This document shows, piece after piece, positions 42,906-57,110 of a DNA stretch of 64,000 nucleotides. Source of the DNA: the human T2T-CHM13v2.0 reference genome, Homo sapiens. Below the pieces are notes generated by a model that worked only from the letters and a program-made list of their open reading frames with translations, was not told the origin of the DNA and ran no database searches. Location: positions 35,872,001 to 35,936,000 of the forward strand of contig CP086569.2 in the NCBI GenBank assembly GCA_009914755.4, read 5' to 3'. How positions within the stretch are numbered: the stretch's first letter is position 1; every line of letters starts with the position of its first letter. Both the position numbers and the translations under genes were made by a program.

Positions 42906-45900
42906 TGCAATTTAATAAAATAGGATCAAATGTAATGGAATGGAATGGAAAGGAATCGAAACGAAAGGAATGGAGACAGATGGAATGGAATGGAACAGAG
43001 AGCAATGGTATAGAATGGAATGGAATCATCTGGAATGGAATTGAATGGAATGGAATAATATGAAATGGAATGGAATGGAATGGAATGCCCTTGAATTAAA
43101 TGGACTGGAATGGAATGGACTCAAACAGAGTGGAATGGAAAGTGTTGAAATAGAATGGAATGGACTCGTTTGGAATGGTCTAGTATGCAATGCAATCGAC
43201 TGGCAGGGAATCAAGAGGAATGTAATCGAATGGATTGGACTGGAATGCAATGGACTCGAATAGATTGGAAACGGAATTCAAAGGAATGGAATGGAATAGT
43301 ATGGAATGGAATGGAAAGGAATGGAGTGGAATAGACTAGAGTGGAATGGAATGGACTCGAAAGCAATGGACTGGAATGGAACTTTCTTGAATGGACTGGA
43401 ATCAAACGGAATGGAATGCAATGCAATCAAATGGCATGGAATAAAATAGAATGAAAGAGAATCAAATGGAATTGAATCGAATGGAATCGAATGGATTGGA
43501 AAGGAATAGAATGGAATGGAATGGAATTGACTCAAATGGAATGGACTAGAATGGAATGGATTCGAATGGAAGGCAAAGGAATGGAATCTATTGGAATGGA
43601 CTGTAATGGAATGGAATGGAAGGGATTGGAATGGACTCGAATGGAATGGACTGCAATAGAAAGGATTCGAATGGAATGAAAAAGAATTGAATGGAATAGA
43701 ACAGAATGGAATCAAATCGAATGAAATGGAATGGAATAGAAAGGAATGGAATGAAATGGAATGGAAAGGATTCGAATGGAATGCAATCGAATGGAATGGA
43801 ATCGAACGGAATGGAATAAAATGGAAGAAAACTGGCAAGAAATGGAATCGAAATGAATGGAGTGTTATGGAACGGACTCAAAAGGAATTGAATGTAATAG
43901 AATGGAGTGGAGTGGACTCGAATATAATGGACTGGAATGGAATGAAATCACATGGAATGGGAACGAATGGAATGGAATGGAAAGGAATAGAATCGAATGG
44001 AAAGGAATCGAATGGAAGGGAATGAAATTGAATCAACAGGAATGGAAGGGAATAGAATAGACGGTAATGGAATGGACTCGAATAGAATGGACACGAATGC
44101 TCAAATTGAATGGACTCGAATGGAATGGAAACGAAAGGAATGTCATCGAATGGAATTGAATCGATTGGAATGAAATCGCATAGAATGGAGTGGAATCAAA
44201 TGGAATTGAATCGAAAGGAAAGGAAGCCAATGGACTGAAATGAAATGGAATGGAATGGAATGGAAAGTAATGCAATGGAATAGAATGGAACGAAATTTCA
44301 CGGAATGGAATGAAACTGAATGGAATCAAATCAATGGAATCTAATCAAGTGGAATGGAAAGGAATTGAATGGAGTAGATTGGATTGGATGGGATTGGAAT
44401 GAAATGTACTGGAAAGGACTCGAATTTCATGAAACGGAATGGAATGAATTGGAACGGAATGGACTCGAATGGAATGGAATGTCATGGAATGGCATCAAAT
44501 GGAATGGCATCAAATGGAATGGAATCGAATGCAATTGAATGCTATGGAATGGAATGGAATGCATTGGAATGGAATGTTCTCTAATGGAATGGATTCGAGT
44601 GGAATGGAATCGAATATAATGGAGTCGAATGAAATGGAATTGAAAGGAATGGGATCGAATACAATGGAATATACTGGAATGTAATGTAATGAACTTGAAT
44701 GTAATTGACTGGAATGGAATGTACATGAATGGAATGTAATCGAATGGAAAGTAATCCAATGGAATAGAATCTAATGCAATAAAATCGACTCAGATAGAGT
44801 AGAATGTAATGGAATGGAGTGCAGTGCAATGGAATGGAATGGAATGGAATGCAATGGAATGGAATGGAATGGAATGGAATGGAATGGAATGGAATGGAAT
44901 GGTGTGGAATGGATACTAATGGACTGGAGTGAAATGGACTGGAAATGAATGGACTCAAATTGAAAGGGCTCGAAAGGAATGGAGTCAAATGGAATGGTCT
45001 GGAATGGAATGAACACGAATGTAATGCAATCCAATAGAATGGAATCGAATGGCATGGAATATAAAGAAATGGAATCGAAGAGAATGGAAATAAATGGAAT
45101 GGAATTGAATGGAATGGAATTGAATGGAATGGGAACGAATGGAGTGAAATTGTATGCAGTAGAAGAGAATAGAATGGAATGCAAGCCAAAGGAAAGGAAT
45201 GGATTGGAATGGAATGGAATTCATTGGAATGGAAGGGAATGTAGTGTAATGGACAGGCCTGGAATAAAGTGGAATGCTACGGTCTCGAATGGAATAAAAA
45301 TGTATGGAATGGAATGCAATGAAACGGAATCGAATGTCATAGAATGTAATGGAATGCAAAAAAATGGAATCCAAAATCATTGACTGGAAAGGCTGGATGT
45401 CGAAAGGAATTGACTCCAATGGAATGGAATCGAATGGAATGGAAGTGAATAGAATCGAACTAAATCGAATGGAATGGAATTGATAGGAACGGAATGGAAA
45501 GGAATGCAATGATTTGGCATGGAATGGAAACGAATGGTATCTAATGGAATGGAATGGAATGTAATGGAATGGAATGTATTAGAATGTAATGAACTTTAAT
45601 GGAATGTACTCGAATGGATTCGACTGGAATGGAATGTTCTGGAAGTGAATGGACTCCAATGGAATGGATTGAAACGGAATGGAATCGTACGGAATGGAAT
45701 CTAATGGAATGGAATTAAATGGAAATGAATCAAATTGAATAGAACGGAATTGAATTGAATGGAATGGAATGCAATGGAATCTAATGAAACGGAAAGGAAA
45801 GGAATGGAATGGAATGGAATGGGCTGGAATGGAAAGGAATCGAAACGAATGGAATGGAATCGAACTGAAGAGACTGGAATGGAATGCACTGGAATGGAAG

Positions 45901-46458
45901 GGAGTGTAATGGAAGGTTCTCGAAAAAAATGGAATCGAATGGAATGGAATTGAATGGAACGGAATAGAGTCGAATGGAATTGAATGGAATGGAATGGACT
46001 AGAGTGAAATGGAATCGAACCACAAGGAATGGACAGGAATAGAATGGTCTCGAATTGAATGGAATCGTATGGAATGGCATCAAACGGAATGGAATGGACA
46101 GCCACGGAATGGAATGCACTCGAATGCAATGGAGTCGAAACTAATGGATGGAATAGAATGGACTTGACTGGTACGGACTCCAATGGAATGGAATCGAATG
46201 GAACGGAATCGAACGGAATGGACTCGAAGGGAAAAGACTGCAATGGAAAGGTCTCCAATGGAATGGAAATTAATGGAATGGAATGGAATCGAATGAAATG
46301 GAGTCAAAAGGAATGGAATCGAATGGCAAGAAATCGAATGTAATGGAATCGCAAGGAATTGATGTGAACTGAACGGAATGGAATGGAATCCAAAGGAATG
46401 GAATAGAATGGAATGGAATCGGATGGAAAGGACTCGAATGGAAATCACTCGAATAGAA
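42906..46458 (+). repeat. HOR unit 13, 3553 bp
   Basis: Anchor at 42906 and 46459. Island triplet ggctgGATgtcg at ~45394. Still aligned to unit 6 at offset 24836, but with visibly lower identity. Confidence 0.8.
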
Positions 46459-49400
46459 TGCAATTTAATAAAATAGGATTAAATGTAATGGAATGGAATG
46501 GAAAGGAATCGAAGCGAAAGGAATGGAGACAGATGGAATGGAATGGAACAGAGAGCAATGGTATAGAATGGAATGGAATCATCTGGAATGGAATTGAATG
46601 GAATGGAATAATATGAAATGGAATGGAATGGAATGGAATGGAATGCCCTTGAATTAAATGGACTGGAATGGAATGGACTCGAACAGAGTGGAATGGAAAG
46701 TGTTGAGATAGAATGGAATGGACTCCTTCGGAATGGTGTAGTATGCAATGCAATCGACTGGCAGGGAATCAAAAGGAATGTAATGGAATGGATTGGACTG
46801 GAATGCAATGGACTCGAATAGATTGGAAACGGAATGCAAAGGAATGGAATGGAATAGTATGGAATGGAATGGAAAGGAATGGAGTGGAATAGACTAGAGT
46901 GGAATGGAATGGACTGGAAAGCAATGGACTGGAATGGAACTTTCTTGAATGGACTGGAATCAAACGGAATGGAATGCAATGCAATCAAATGGCATAGAAT
47001 AAGATAGAATGAAAGAGAATCAAATGGAATTGAATGGAATGGAATCAAATGGATTGGAAAGGAATAGAATGGAATGGAATGGAATTGACTCAAATGGAAT
47101 GGACTAGAATGGAATGGATTCGAATGGAAGGCAAAGGAATGGAATCTATTGGAATGTACTGTAATGGAATGCAATGGAAGGGATTGGAATGGACTCGAAT
47201 GGAATGGACTGCAATAGAAAGGATTCGAATGGAATGAAAAAGAATTGAATGGAATAGAACAGAATGGAATCAAATCGAATGAAATGGAATGGAATAGAAA
47301 GGAATGGAATGAAATGGAATGGAAAGGATTCGAATGGAATGCAAACGAATGGAATGGAATCGAACGGAATGGAATAAAATGGAAGAAAACTGGCAAGAAA
47401 TGGAATCGAAATGAATGGAGTGTTATGGAAGGGACTCAAAAGGAATTGAATGTAATAGAATGGAGTGGAGTGGACTCGAATATAATGGACTGGAATGGAA
47501 TGAAATCACATGGAATGGGAACGAATGGAATGGAATGGAAAGGAATGGAATCGAATGGAAAGGAATCGATTGGAAGGGAATGAAATTGAACCAACAGGAA
47601 TGGAAGGGATTAGAATAGACCGTAATGGAATGGACTCGAATAGAATGGACACGAATGCTCAAATTGAATGGACTCGAATGGAATGGAAACGAAAGGAATG
47701 TCATCGAATGGAATTGAATCGATTGGAATGAAATCGCATAGAATGGAGTGGAATCAAATGGAATTGAATCGAAAGGAAAGGAAGCGAATGGACTGAAATG
47801 AAATGGAATGGAATTGAATGGAAAGTAATGCAATGGAATAGAATGGAACGAAATTTCACGGAATGGAATCAAACTGAATGGAATCAAATCAATGGAATCA
47901 AATCAAATGGAATGGAAAGGAATTGAATGGAGTAGATTGGATTGGATGGGATTGGAATGAAATGTACTGGAAAGGACTCGAATTTCATGAAACGGAATGG
48001 AATGAATTGGAACGGAATGGACTCGAATGGAATGGAATGTCATGGAATGGCATCAAATGGAATGGCATCAAATGGAATGGAATCGAATGCAATGGAATGC
48101 TATGGAATGGAATGGAATGCATTGGAATGGAATGTCCTCTAATGGAATGGATTCGAGTGGAATGGAATCGAATATAATGGAGTCGAATGAAATGGAATTG
48201 AAAAGAATGGGATCGAATACAATGGAATATACTGGAATGTAATGTAATGAACACGAATGTAATTGTCTGGAATGGAATGTATATGAATGGAATGTAATCG
48301 AATGGAAAGTAATCCAATGGAATAGAATCTAATGCAATAAAATCGACTCAGATAGAGTAGAATGTAATGGAATGGAGTGCAGTGCAATGGAATGGAATGG
48401 AATGGAATGCAATGGAATGGAATGGAATGGAATGGAATGGGATGGAATGGTATGGAATGGATAGTAATGGACTGGAGTGAAATGGACTGGAAAGGAATGG
48501 ACTCAAATTGAAAGGGCTCGAAAGGAATGGAGACAAACGGAATGGTCTGGAATGGAATGAACACGAATGTAATGCAATCCAATAGAATGGAGTCGAATGG
48601 CATGGAATATAAAGAAATGGAATCGAAGAGAATAGAAACAAATGGAATGGAATTGAATGGAATGGAATTGAATGGAATGGGAACGAATGGAGTGAAATTG
48701 TATGCCCTAGAAGAGAATAGAATGGAATGCAAGTGAAAGGAAAGGAATGGATTGGAATGGAAAGGAATTCATTGGAATGGAAGGGAATGTAGTGTAATGG
48801 ACAGGCCTGGAATAAAGTGGAATGCTACGGTCTCGAGTGGAATAAAAATGTATGGATTGGAATGCAATGAAACGGAATCGAATGTCATAGAATGTAATGG
48901 AATGCAAAAAAATGGAATCCAAAATCATTGACTGGAAAGGCTGGGTGTCGAAAGGAATTGACTCCAATGGAATGGAATCGAATGGAATGGAAGTGAATAG
49001 AATCGAACTAAATCGAATGGAATGGAATTGATAGGAACGGAATGGAAAGGAATGCAATGATTTGGCATGGAATGGAATCGAATGGCATCGAATGGAATGG
49101 AATGGAATGCAATGGAATGGAATGTATTAGAATGTAATGAACTTTAATGGAATGTACTCGAAAGGATTTGACTGGAATGGAATGTTCTGGAAGTGAATGG
49201 ACTCCAATGGAATGGATTCGAAAGGAATGGAATCGTACGGAATGGAATCTAATGGAATGGAATTAAATGGAAATGAATCAAATTGAATAGCACGGAATTG
49301 AATTGAATGGAATGGAATGCAATGGAATCTAATGAAACGGAAAGGAAAGGAATGCAATGGAATGGAATGGGCTGGAATGGAAAGGAATCGAAACGAATGG

Positions 49401-50007
49401 AATGGAATCGAACTGAAGAGACTGGAATGGAATGCACTGGAATGGAAGGGAGTGTAATGGAATGTTCTCGAAAAAAATGGAATCGAATGGAATGGAATTG
49501 AGTGGAACGGAATAGAGTCGAATGGAATTGAATGGAATGGAATGGACTAGAGTGAAATGGAATCGAACCACAAGGAATGGACAGGAATAGAATGGTCTCG
49601 AATTGAATGGAATCGTATGGAATGGCATCAAACGGAATGGAATGGACAGCCACGGAATGGAATGCACTCGAATGCAATGGAGTCGAAACTAATGGACTGG
49701 AATAGAATGGACTCGACTGGTACGGACTCCAATGGAATGGAATCGAATGGAAGGGAATCGAACGGAATGGACTCGAAGGGAAAAGACTGCAATGGAACGG
49801 TCTCGAATGGAATGGAAATTAATGGAATGGAATGGAATCGAATGAAATGGAGTCAAAAGGAATGGAATCGAATGGCAAGAAATCGAATGTAATGGAATCG
49901 CAAGGAATTGATGTGAACGGAACGGAATGGAATGGAATCCAAAGGAATGGAATAGAATGGAATGGAATCGAATGGAAAGGACTCGAATGGAAATCACTCG
50001 AATAGAA
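46459..50007 (+). repeat. HOR unit 14, 3549 bp, close to units 3 and 10
   Basis: Anchor at 46459 and 50008. ORFs 46479..47396, 47423..47887 and 47985..48317 match 32329..33246, 33273..33737 and 33835..34167 at a constant offset of 14150. Confidence 0.8.
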
Positions 50008-53000
50008 TGCAATTTAATAAAATAGGATCAAATGTAATGGAATGGAATGGAAAGGAATCGAAACGAAAGGAATGGAGACAGATGGAATGGAATGGAACAG
50101 ATAGCAATGGTATACAATGGAATGGAATCATCTGGAATGGAATTGAATGGAATGGAATAATATGAAATGGAATGGAATGGAATGGAATGGAATGCCCTTG
50201 AATTAAATGGACTGGACTCGAACAGAGTGGAATGGAAAGTGTTGAGATAGAATGGAATGGACTCCTTTGGAATGGTCTAGTATGCAATGCAATCGACTGG
50301 CAGGGAATCAAAAGGAATGTAATGGAATTGATTGGACTGGAATGCAATGGACTCGAATAGATTGGAAACGGAATGCAAAGGAATGGAATGGAATAGTATG
50401 GAATGGAATGGAAAGGAATGGAGTGGAATAGACTAGAGTGGAATGGAATGGACTGGAAAGCAATGGACTGGAATGAAACTTTCTTGAATGGACTGGAATC
50501 AAACGTAATGGAATGCAATGCAATCAAATTTCATGGAATAAGATAGAATGAAAGAGAATCAAATGGAATTGAATCGAATGGAATCGAATGGATTGGAAAG
50601 GAAGAGAATGGAATGGAATGGAATTGACTCAAATGGAATGGACTAGAATGGAATGGATTCGAATGGAAGGCAAAGGAATGGAATCTATTGGAATGGACTG
50701 TAATGGAATGGAATGGAAGGGATTGGAATGGACTCGAATGGAATGGACTGCAATAGAAAGGATTCGAATGGAATGAAAAAGAATTGAATGGAATAGAACA
50801 GAATGGAATCAAATCGAATGAAATGGAATGGAATAGAAAGGAATGGAATGAAATGGAATGGAAAGGATTCGAATGGAATGCAATCGAATGGAATGGAATC
50901 GAACGGAATGGAATAAAATGGAAGAAAACTGGCAAGAAATGGAATCGAAATGAATGGAGTGTTATGGAACGGACTCAAAAGGAATTGAATGTAATAGAAT
51001 GGAGTGGAGTGGACTCGAATATAATGGACTGGAATGGAATGAAATCACATGGAATGGGAACGAATGGAATGGAAAGGAATGGAATCGAATGTAAAGGAAT
51101 CGAACGGAAGGGAATGAAATTGAATCAACAGGAATGGAAGGGAATAGAATAGACTGTAATGGAATGGACACGAATAGAATGGACACGAATGCTCAAATTG
51201 AATGGACTCGAATGGAATGGAAAGGAAAGGAAAGTCATCGAATGGAATTGAATCGATTGGAATGAAATCGCATAGAATGGAGTGGAATCAAATGGAATTG
51301 AATCGAAAGGAAAGGAAGCGAATGGACTGAAATGAAATGGAATGGAATTGAATGGAAAGTAATGCAATGGAATAGAATGGAACGAAATTTCACGGAATGG
51401 AATCAAACTGAATGGAATCAAATCAATGGAATCTAATCAAATGGAATGGAAAGGAATTGAATGGAGTATATTGGATTGGATGGGATTGGAATGAAATGTA
51501 CTGGAAAGGACTCGAATTTCATGAAACGGAATGGAATGAATTGGAACGGAATGGACTCGAATGGAATGGAATGACATGGAATGGCATCAAATGGAATGGC
51601 ATCAAATGGAATGGAATCGAATACAATGGAATGCTATGGAATGGAATGGAATGCATTGGAATGGAATGTCCTCTAATGGAATGGATTCGAGTGGAATGGA
51701 ATCGAATATAATGGAGTCGAATGAAATGGAATTGAAAGGAATGGGATCGAATAGAATGGAATATACTGGAATGTAATGTAATGAACTCGAATGTAATTGA
51801 CTGGAATGGAATGTACATGAATGGAATGTAATCGAATGGAAAGTAATCCAATGGAATAGAATCTAATGCAATAAAATCGACTCAGATAGAGTAGAATGTA
51901 ATGGAATGGAGTGCAGTGCAATGGAATGGAATGGAATGGAATGCAATGGAATGGAATGGAATGGAATGGAATGGAATGGAATGGGATGGAATGGGATGGA
52001 ATGGTATGGAATGGATAGTAATGGACTGGAGTGAAATGGACTGGAAAGGAATGGACTCAAATTGAAAGGGCTCGAAAGGAATGGAGACAAATGAAATGGT
52101 CTGGAATGGAATGAACACGAATGTAATGCAATCCAATAGAATGGAGTCGAATGGCATGGAATATAAAGAAATGGAATCGAAGAGAATGGAAACAAATGGA
52201 ATGGAATTGAATGGAATGGAATTGAATGGAATGGGAACGAATGGAGTGAAATTGTATGCAGTAGAAGAGAATAGAATGGAATTCAAGCGAAAGGAAAGGA
52301 ATGGATTGGAATGGAATAGAATTCATTGGAATGGAAGGGAATGTAGTGTAATGGACAGGCCTGGAATAAAGTGGAATGCTACGGTCTCGAATGGAATAAA
52401 AATGTATGGAATGGAATGCAATGAAACGGAATCGAATGTCATCGAATGTAATGGAATGCAAAAAAATGGACTCCAAAATCATTGACTGGAAAGGCTGGGT
52501 GTCGAAAGGAATTGACTCCAATGGAATGGAATCGAATGGAATGGAAGTGAATAGAATCAAACTAAATCGAATGGAATGGAATTGATAGGAACGGAATGGA
52601 AAGGAATGCAATGATTTGGCATGGAATGGAATCGAATGGCATCAAATGGAATGGAATGGAATGCAATGGAATGGAATGTATTAGAATATAATGAACTTTA
52701 ATGGAATGTACTCGAATGGATTCGACTGGAATGGAATGTTCTGGAAGTGAATGGACTCCAATGGAATGGATTCCAAAGGAATGGAATCGTACGGAATGGA
52801 ATCTAATGGAATGGAATTAAATGGAAATGAATCAAATTGAATAGCACGGAATTGAATTGAATGGAATGGAATGCAATGGAATCTAATGAAACGGAAAGGA
52901 AAGGAATGGAATGGAATGGAATGGGCTGGAATGGAAAGGAATCGAAACGAATGGAATGGAATCGAACTGAAGAGACTGGAATGGAAAGCACTGGAATGGA

Positions 53001-53561
53001 AGGGAGTGTAATGGAAGGTTCTCGAAAAAAATGGAATCGAATGGAATGCAATTGAATGGAACGGAATAGAGTCGAATGCAATTGAATGGAATGGAATGGA
53101 CTAGAGTGAAATGGAATCGAACCACAAGGAATGGACATGAATAGAATGGTCTCGAATTGAATGGAATCGTATGGAATGGCATCAAACGAAATGGAATGGA
53201 CAGCCACGGAATGGAATGCACTCGAATGCAATGGAGTCGAAACTAATGGACTGGAATAGAATGGACTCGACTGGTAAGGACTCCAATGGAATGGAATCGA
53301 ATGGAAGGGAAACGAACGGAATGGACTCGAAGGGAAAAGACTGCAATGGAAAGGTCTCGAATGGAATGGAAATTAATGGAATGGAATGGAATCCAATGAA
53401 ATGGAGTCAAAAGGAATGGAATCGAATGGCAAGAAATCGAATGTAATGGAATCGCAAGGAATTGATGTGAACGGAACGGAATGGAATGGAATCCAAAGGA
53501 ATGGAATAGAATGGAATGGAATCGAATGGAAAGGACTCGAATGGAAATCACTCGAATAGAA
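50008..53561 (+). repeat. HOR unit 15, 3554 bp. Mosaic: its 5' end resembles the unit-4/11 subtype.
   Basis: Anchor at 50008 and 53562. It carries the 10-bp deletion (~50216, atggactggactcgaacag). It lacks the 20-bp duplication near its 3' end, where ~53195 reads a single tggacagccacggaatggaatgcactcg. Confidence 0.75.
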
Positions 53562-56500
53562 TGCAATTTAATAAAATAGGATCAAATGTAATGGAATGGA
53601 ATGGAAAGGAATCGAAACGAAAGGAATGGAGACCGATGGAATGGAATGGAACAGAGAGCAATGGTATAGAATGGAATGGAATCATCTGGAATGGAATTGA
53701 ATGGAATGGAATAATATGAAATGGAATGGAATGGAATGGAATGGAATGCCCTTGAATTAAATGGACTGGAATGGAATGGACTCGAACAGAGTGGAATGGA
53801 AAGTGTTGAGATAGAATGGAATGGACTCCTTTGGAATGGTGTAGTATGCAATGTAATCGACTGGCAGGGAATCAAAAGGAATGTAATGGAATGGATTGGA
53901 CTGGAATGCAATGGACTCGAATAGATTGGAAACGGAATGCAAAGGAATGGAATGGAATAGTATGGAATGGAATGGAAAGGAATGGAGTGGAATAGACTAG
54001 AGTGGAATGGAATGGACTGGAAAGCAATGGACTGGAATGGAACTTTCTTGAATGGACTGGAATCAAACGGAATGGAATGCAATGCAATCAAATGGCATGG
54101 AATAAAATAGAATGAAAGAGAATCAAATGGAATTGAATCGAATGGAATCGAATGGATTGGAAAGGAATAGAATGGAATGGAATGGAATTGACTCAAATGG
54201 AATGGACTAGAATGGAATGGATTCGAATGGAAGGCAAAGGAATGGAATCTATTGGAATGGACTGTAATGGAATGGAATGGAAGGGATTGGAATGGACTCG
54301 AATGGAATGGACTGCAATAGAAAGGATTCGAATGGAATGAAAAAGAATTGAATGGAATAGAACAGAATGGAATCAAATCGAATGAAATGGAATGGAATAG
54401 AAAGGAATGGAATGAAATGGAATGGAAAGGATTCGAATGGAATGCAATCGAATGGAATGGAATCGAACGGAATGGAATAAAATGGAAGAAAACTGGCAAG
54501 AAATGGAATCGAAATGAATGGAGTGTTATGGAACGGACTCAAAAGGAATTGAATGTAATAGAATGGAGTGGAGTGGACTCGAATATAATGGACTGGAATG
54601 GAATGAAATCACATGGAATGGGAACGAATGGAATGGAATGGAAAGGAATGGAATGGAATGGAAAGGAATCGAATGGAAGGGAATGAAATTGAATCAACAG
54701 GAATGGAAGGGAATAGAATAGACGGTAATGGAATGGACTCGAATAGAATGGACACGAATGCTCAAATTGAATGGACTCGAAAGGAATGGAAAGGAAAGGA
54801 ATGTCATCGAATGGAATTGAATCGATTGGAATGAAATCGCATAGAATGGAGTGGAATCAAATGGAATTGAATCGAAAGGAAAGGAAGCGAATGGACTGAA
54901 ATGAAATGGAATGGAATTGAATGGAATGTAATGCAATGGAATAGAATGGAACGAAATTTCACGGAATGGAATCAAACTGAATGGAATCAAATCAATGGAA
55001 TCTAATCAAATGGAATGGAAAGGAATTGAATGGAGTAGATTGGATTGGATGGGATTGGAATGAAATGTACTGGAAAGGACTCGAATTTCATGAAACGGAA
55101 TGGAATGAATTGGAACGGAATGGACTCGAATGGAATGGAATGTCATCGAATGGCATCAAATGGAATGGCATCAAATGGAATGGAATCGAATGCAATGGAA
55201 TGCTATGGAATGGAATGGAATGCATTGGAATGGAATGTCCTCTAATGGAATGGATTCGAGTGGAATGGAATCGAATATAATGGAGTCGAATGAAATGGAA
55301 TTGAAAAGAATGGGATCGAATACAATGGAATATACTGGAATGTAATGTAATGAACTCGAATGTAATTGACTGGAATGGAATGTACATGAATGGAATGTAA
55401 TCGAATAGAAAGTAATCCAATGGAATAGAATGTAATGCAATAAAATCGACTCAGATAGAGTAGAATGTAATGGAATGGAGTGTAGTGCAATGGAATGGAA
55501 TGGAATGGAATGCAATGGAATGGAATGGAATGGAATGGAATGGGATGGAATGGTATGGAATGGATAGTAATGGACTGGAGTGAAATGGACTGGAAAGGAA
55601 TGGACTCAAATTGAAAGGGCTCGAAAGGAATGGAGACAAATGGAATGGTCTGGAATGGAATGAACACGAATGTAATGCAATCCAATAGAATGGAGTCGAA
55701 TGGCAGGGAATATAAAGAAATGGAATCGAAGAGAATGGAAACAAATGGAATGGAATTGAATGGAATGGAATTGAATGGAATGGGAACGAATGGAGTGAAA
55801 TTGTATGCAGTAGAAGAGAATAGAATGGAATGCAAGCGAAAGGAAAGGAATGGATTGGAATGGAATGGAATTCATTGGAATGGAAGGGAATGTAGTGTAA
55901 TGGACAGGCCTGGAATAAAGTGGAATGCTACGGTCTCGAATGGAATAAAAATGTATGGAATGGAATGCAATGAAACGGAATCGAATGTCATAGAATGTAA
56001 TGGAATGCAAAAAAATGGAATCCAAAATCATTGACTGGAAAGGCTGGGTGTCGAAAGGAATTGACTCCAATGGAATGGAATCGAATGGAATGGAAGTGAA
56101 TAGAATCAAACTAAATCGAATGGAATGGAATTGATAGGAACGGAATGGAAAGGAATGCAATGATTTGGCATGGAATGGAATCGAATGGCATCAAATGGAA
56201 TGGAATGGAATGCAATGGAATGGAATGTATTAGAATATAATGAACTTTAATGGAATGTACTCGAATGGATTCGACTGGAATGGAATGTTCTGGAAGTGAA
56301 TGGACTCCAATGGAATGGATTCCAAAGGAATGGAATCGTACGGAATGGAATCTAATGGAATGGAATTAAATGGAAATGAATCAAATTGAATAGCACGGAA
56401 TTGAATTGAATGGAATGGAATGCAATGGAATCTAATGAAACGGAAAGGAAAGGAATGCAATGGAATGGAATGGGCTGGAATGGAAAGGAATCGAAACAAA

Positions 56501-57110
56501 TGGAATGGAATCGAACTGAAGAGACTGGAATGGAAAGCACTGGAATGGAAGGGAGTGTAATGGAAGGTTCTCGAAAAAAATGGAATCGAATGGAATGCAA
56601 TTGAATGGAACGGAATAGAGTCGAATGCAATTGAATGGAATGGAATGGACTAGAGTGAAATGGAATCGAACCACAAGGAATGGACAGGAATAGAATGGTC
56701 TCGAATTGAATGGAATCGTATGGAATGGCATCAAACGAAATGGAATGGACAGCCACGGAATGGAATGCACTCGAATGCAATGGAGTCGAAACTAATGGAC
56801 TGGAATAGAATGGACTCGACTGGTAAGGACTCCAATGGAATGGAATCGAATGGAAGGGAAACGAACGGAATGGACTCGAAGGGAAAAGACTGCAATGGAA
56901 AGGTCTCGAATGGAATGGAAATTAATGGAATGGAATGGAATCCAATGAAATGGAGTCAAAAGGAATGGAATCGAATGGCAAGAAATCGAATGTAATGGAA
57001 TCGCAAGGAATTGATGTGAACGGAACGGAATGGAATGGAATCCAAAGGAATGGAATAGAATGGAATGGAATCGAATGGAAAGGACTCGAATGGAAATCAC
57101 TCAAATAGAA
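53562..57110 (+). repeat. HOR unit 16, 3549 bp
   Basis: Anchor at 53562 and 57111 (anchor variant tgaaatttaataaaatggg at 57111). ORF set colinear with other units. Confidence 0.8.

Larger units (their letters stand above)
30800..45550 (+). repeat. Copy B of the ~24.8 kb, 7-unit super-repeat
   Basis: Partner of 5.9-20.7 kb at offset 24836. The offset is 24837-24852 at the extreme 5' end because of a 15-bp indel near 30.95 kb: ORF 30826..31233 lacks one NGMEL block relative to 5992..6396. Colinearity is lost after ~45.55 kb. Confidence 0.85.
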
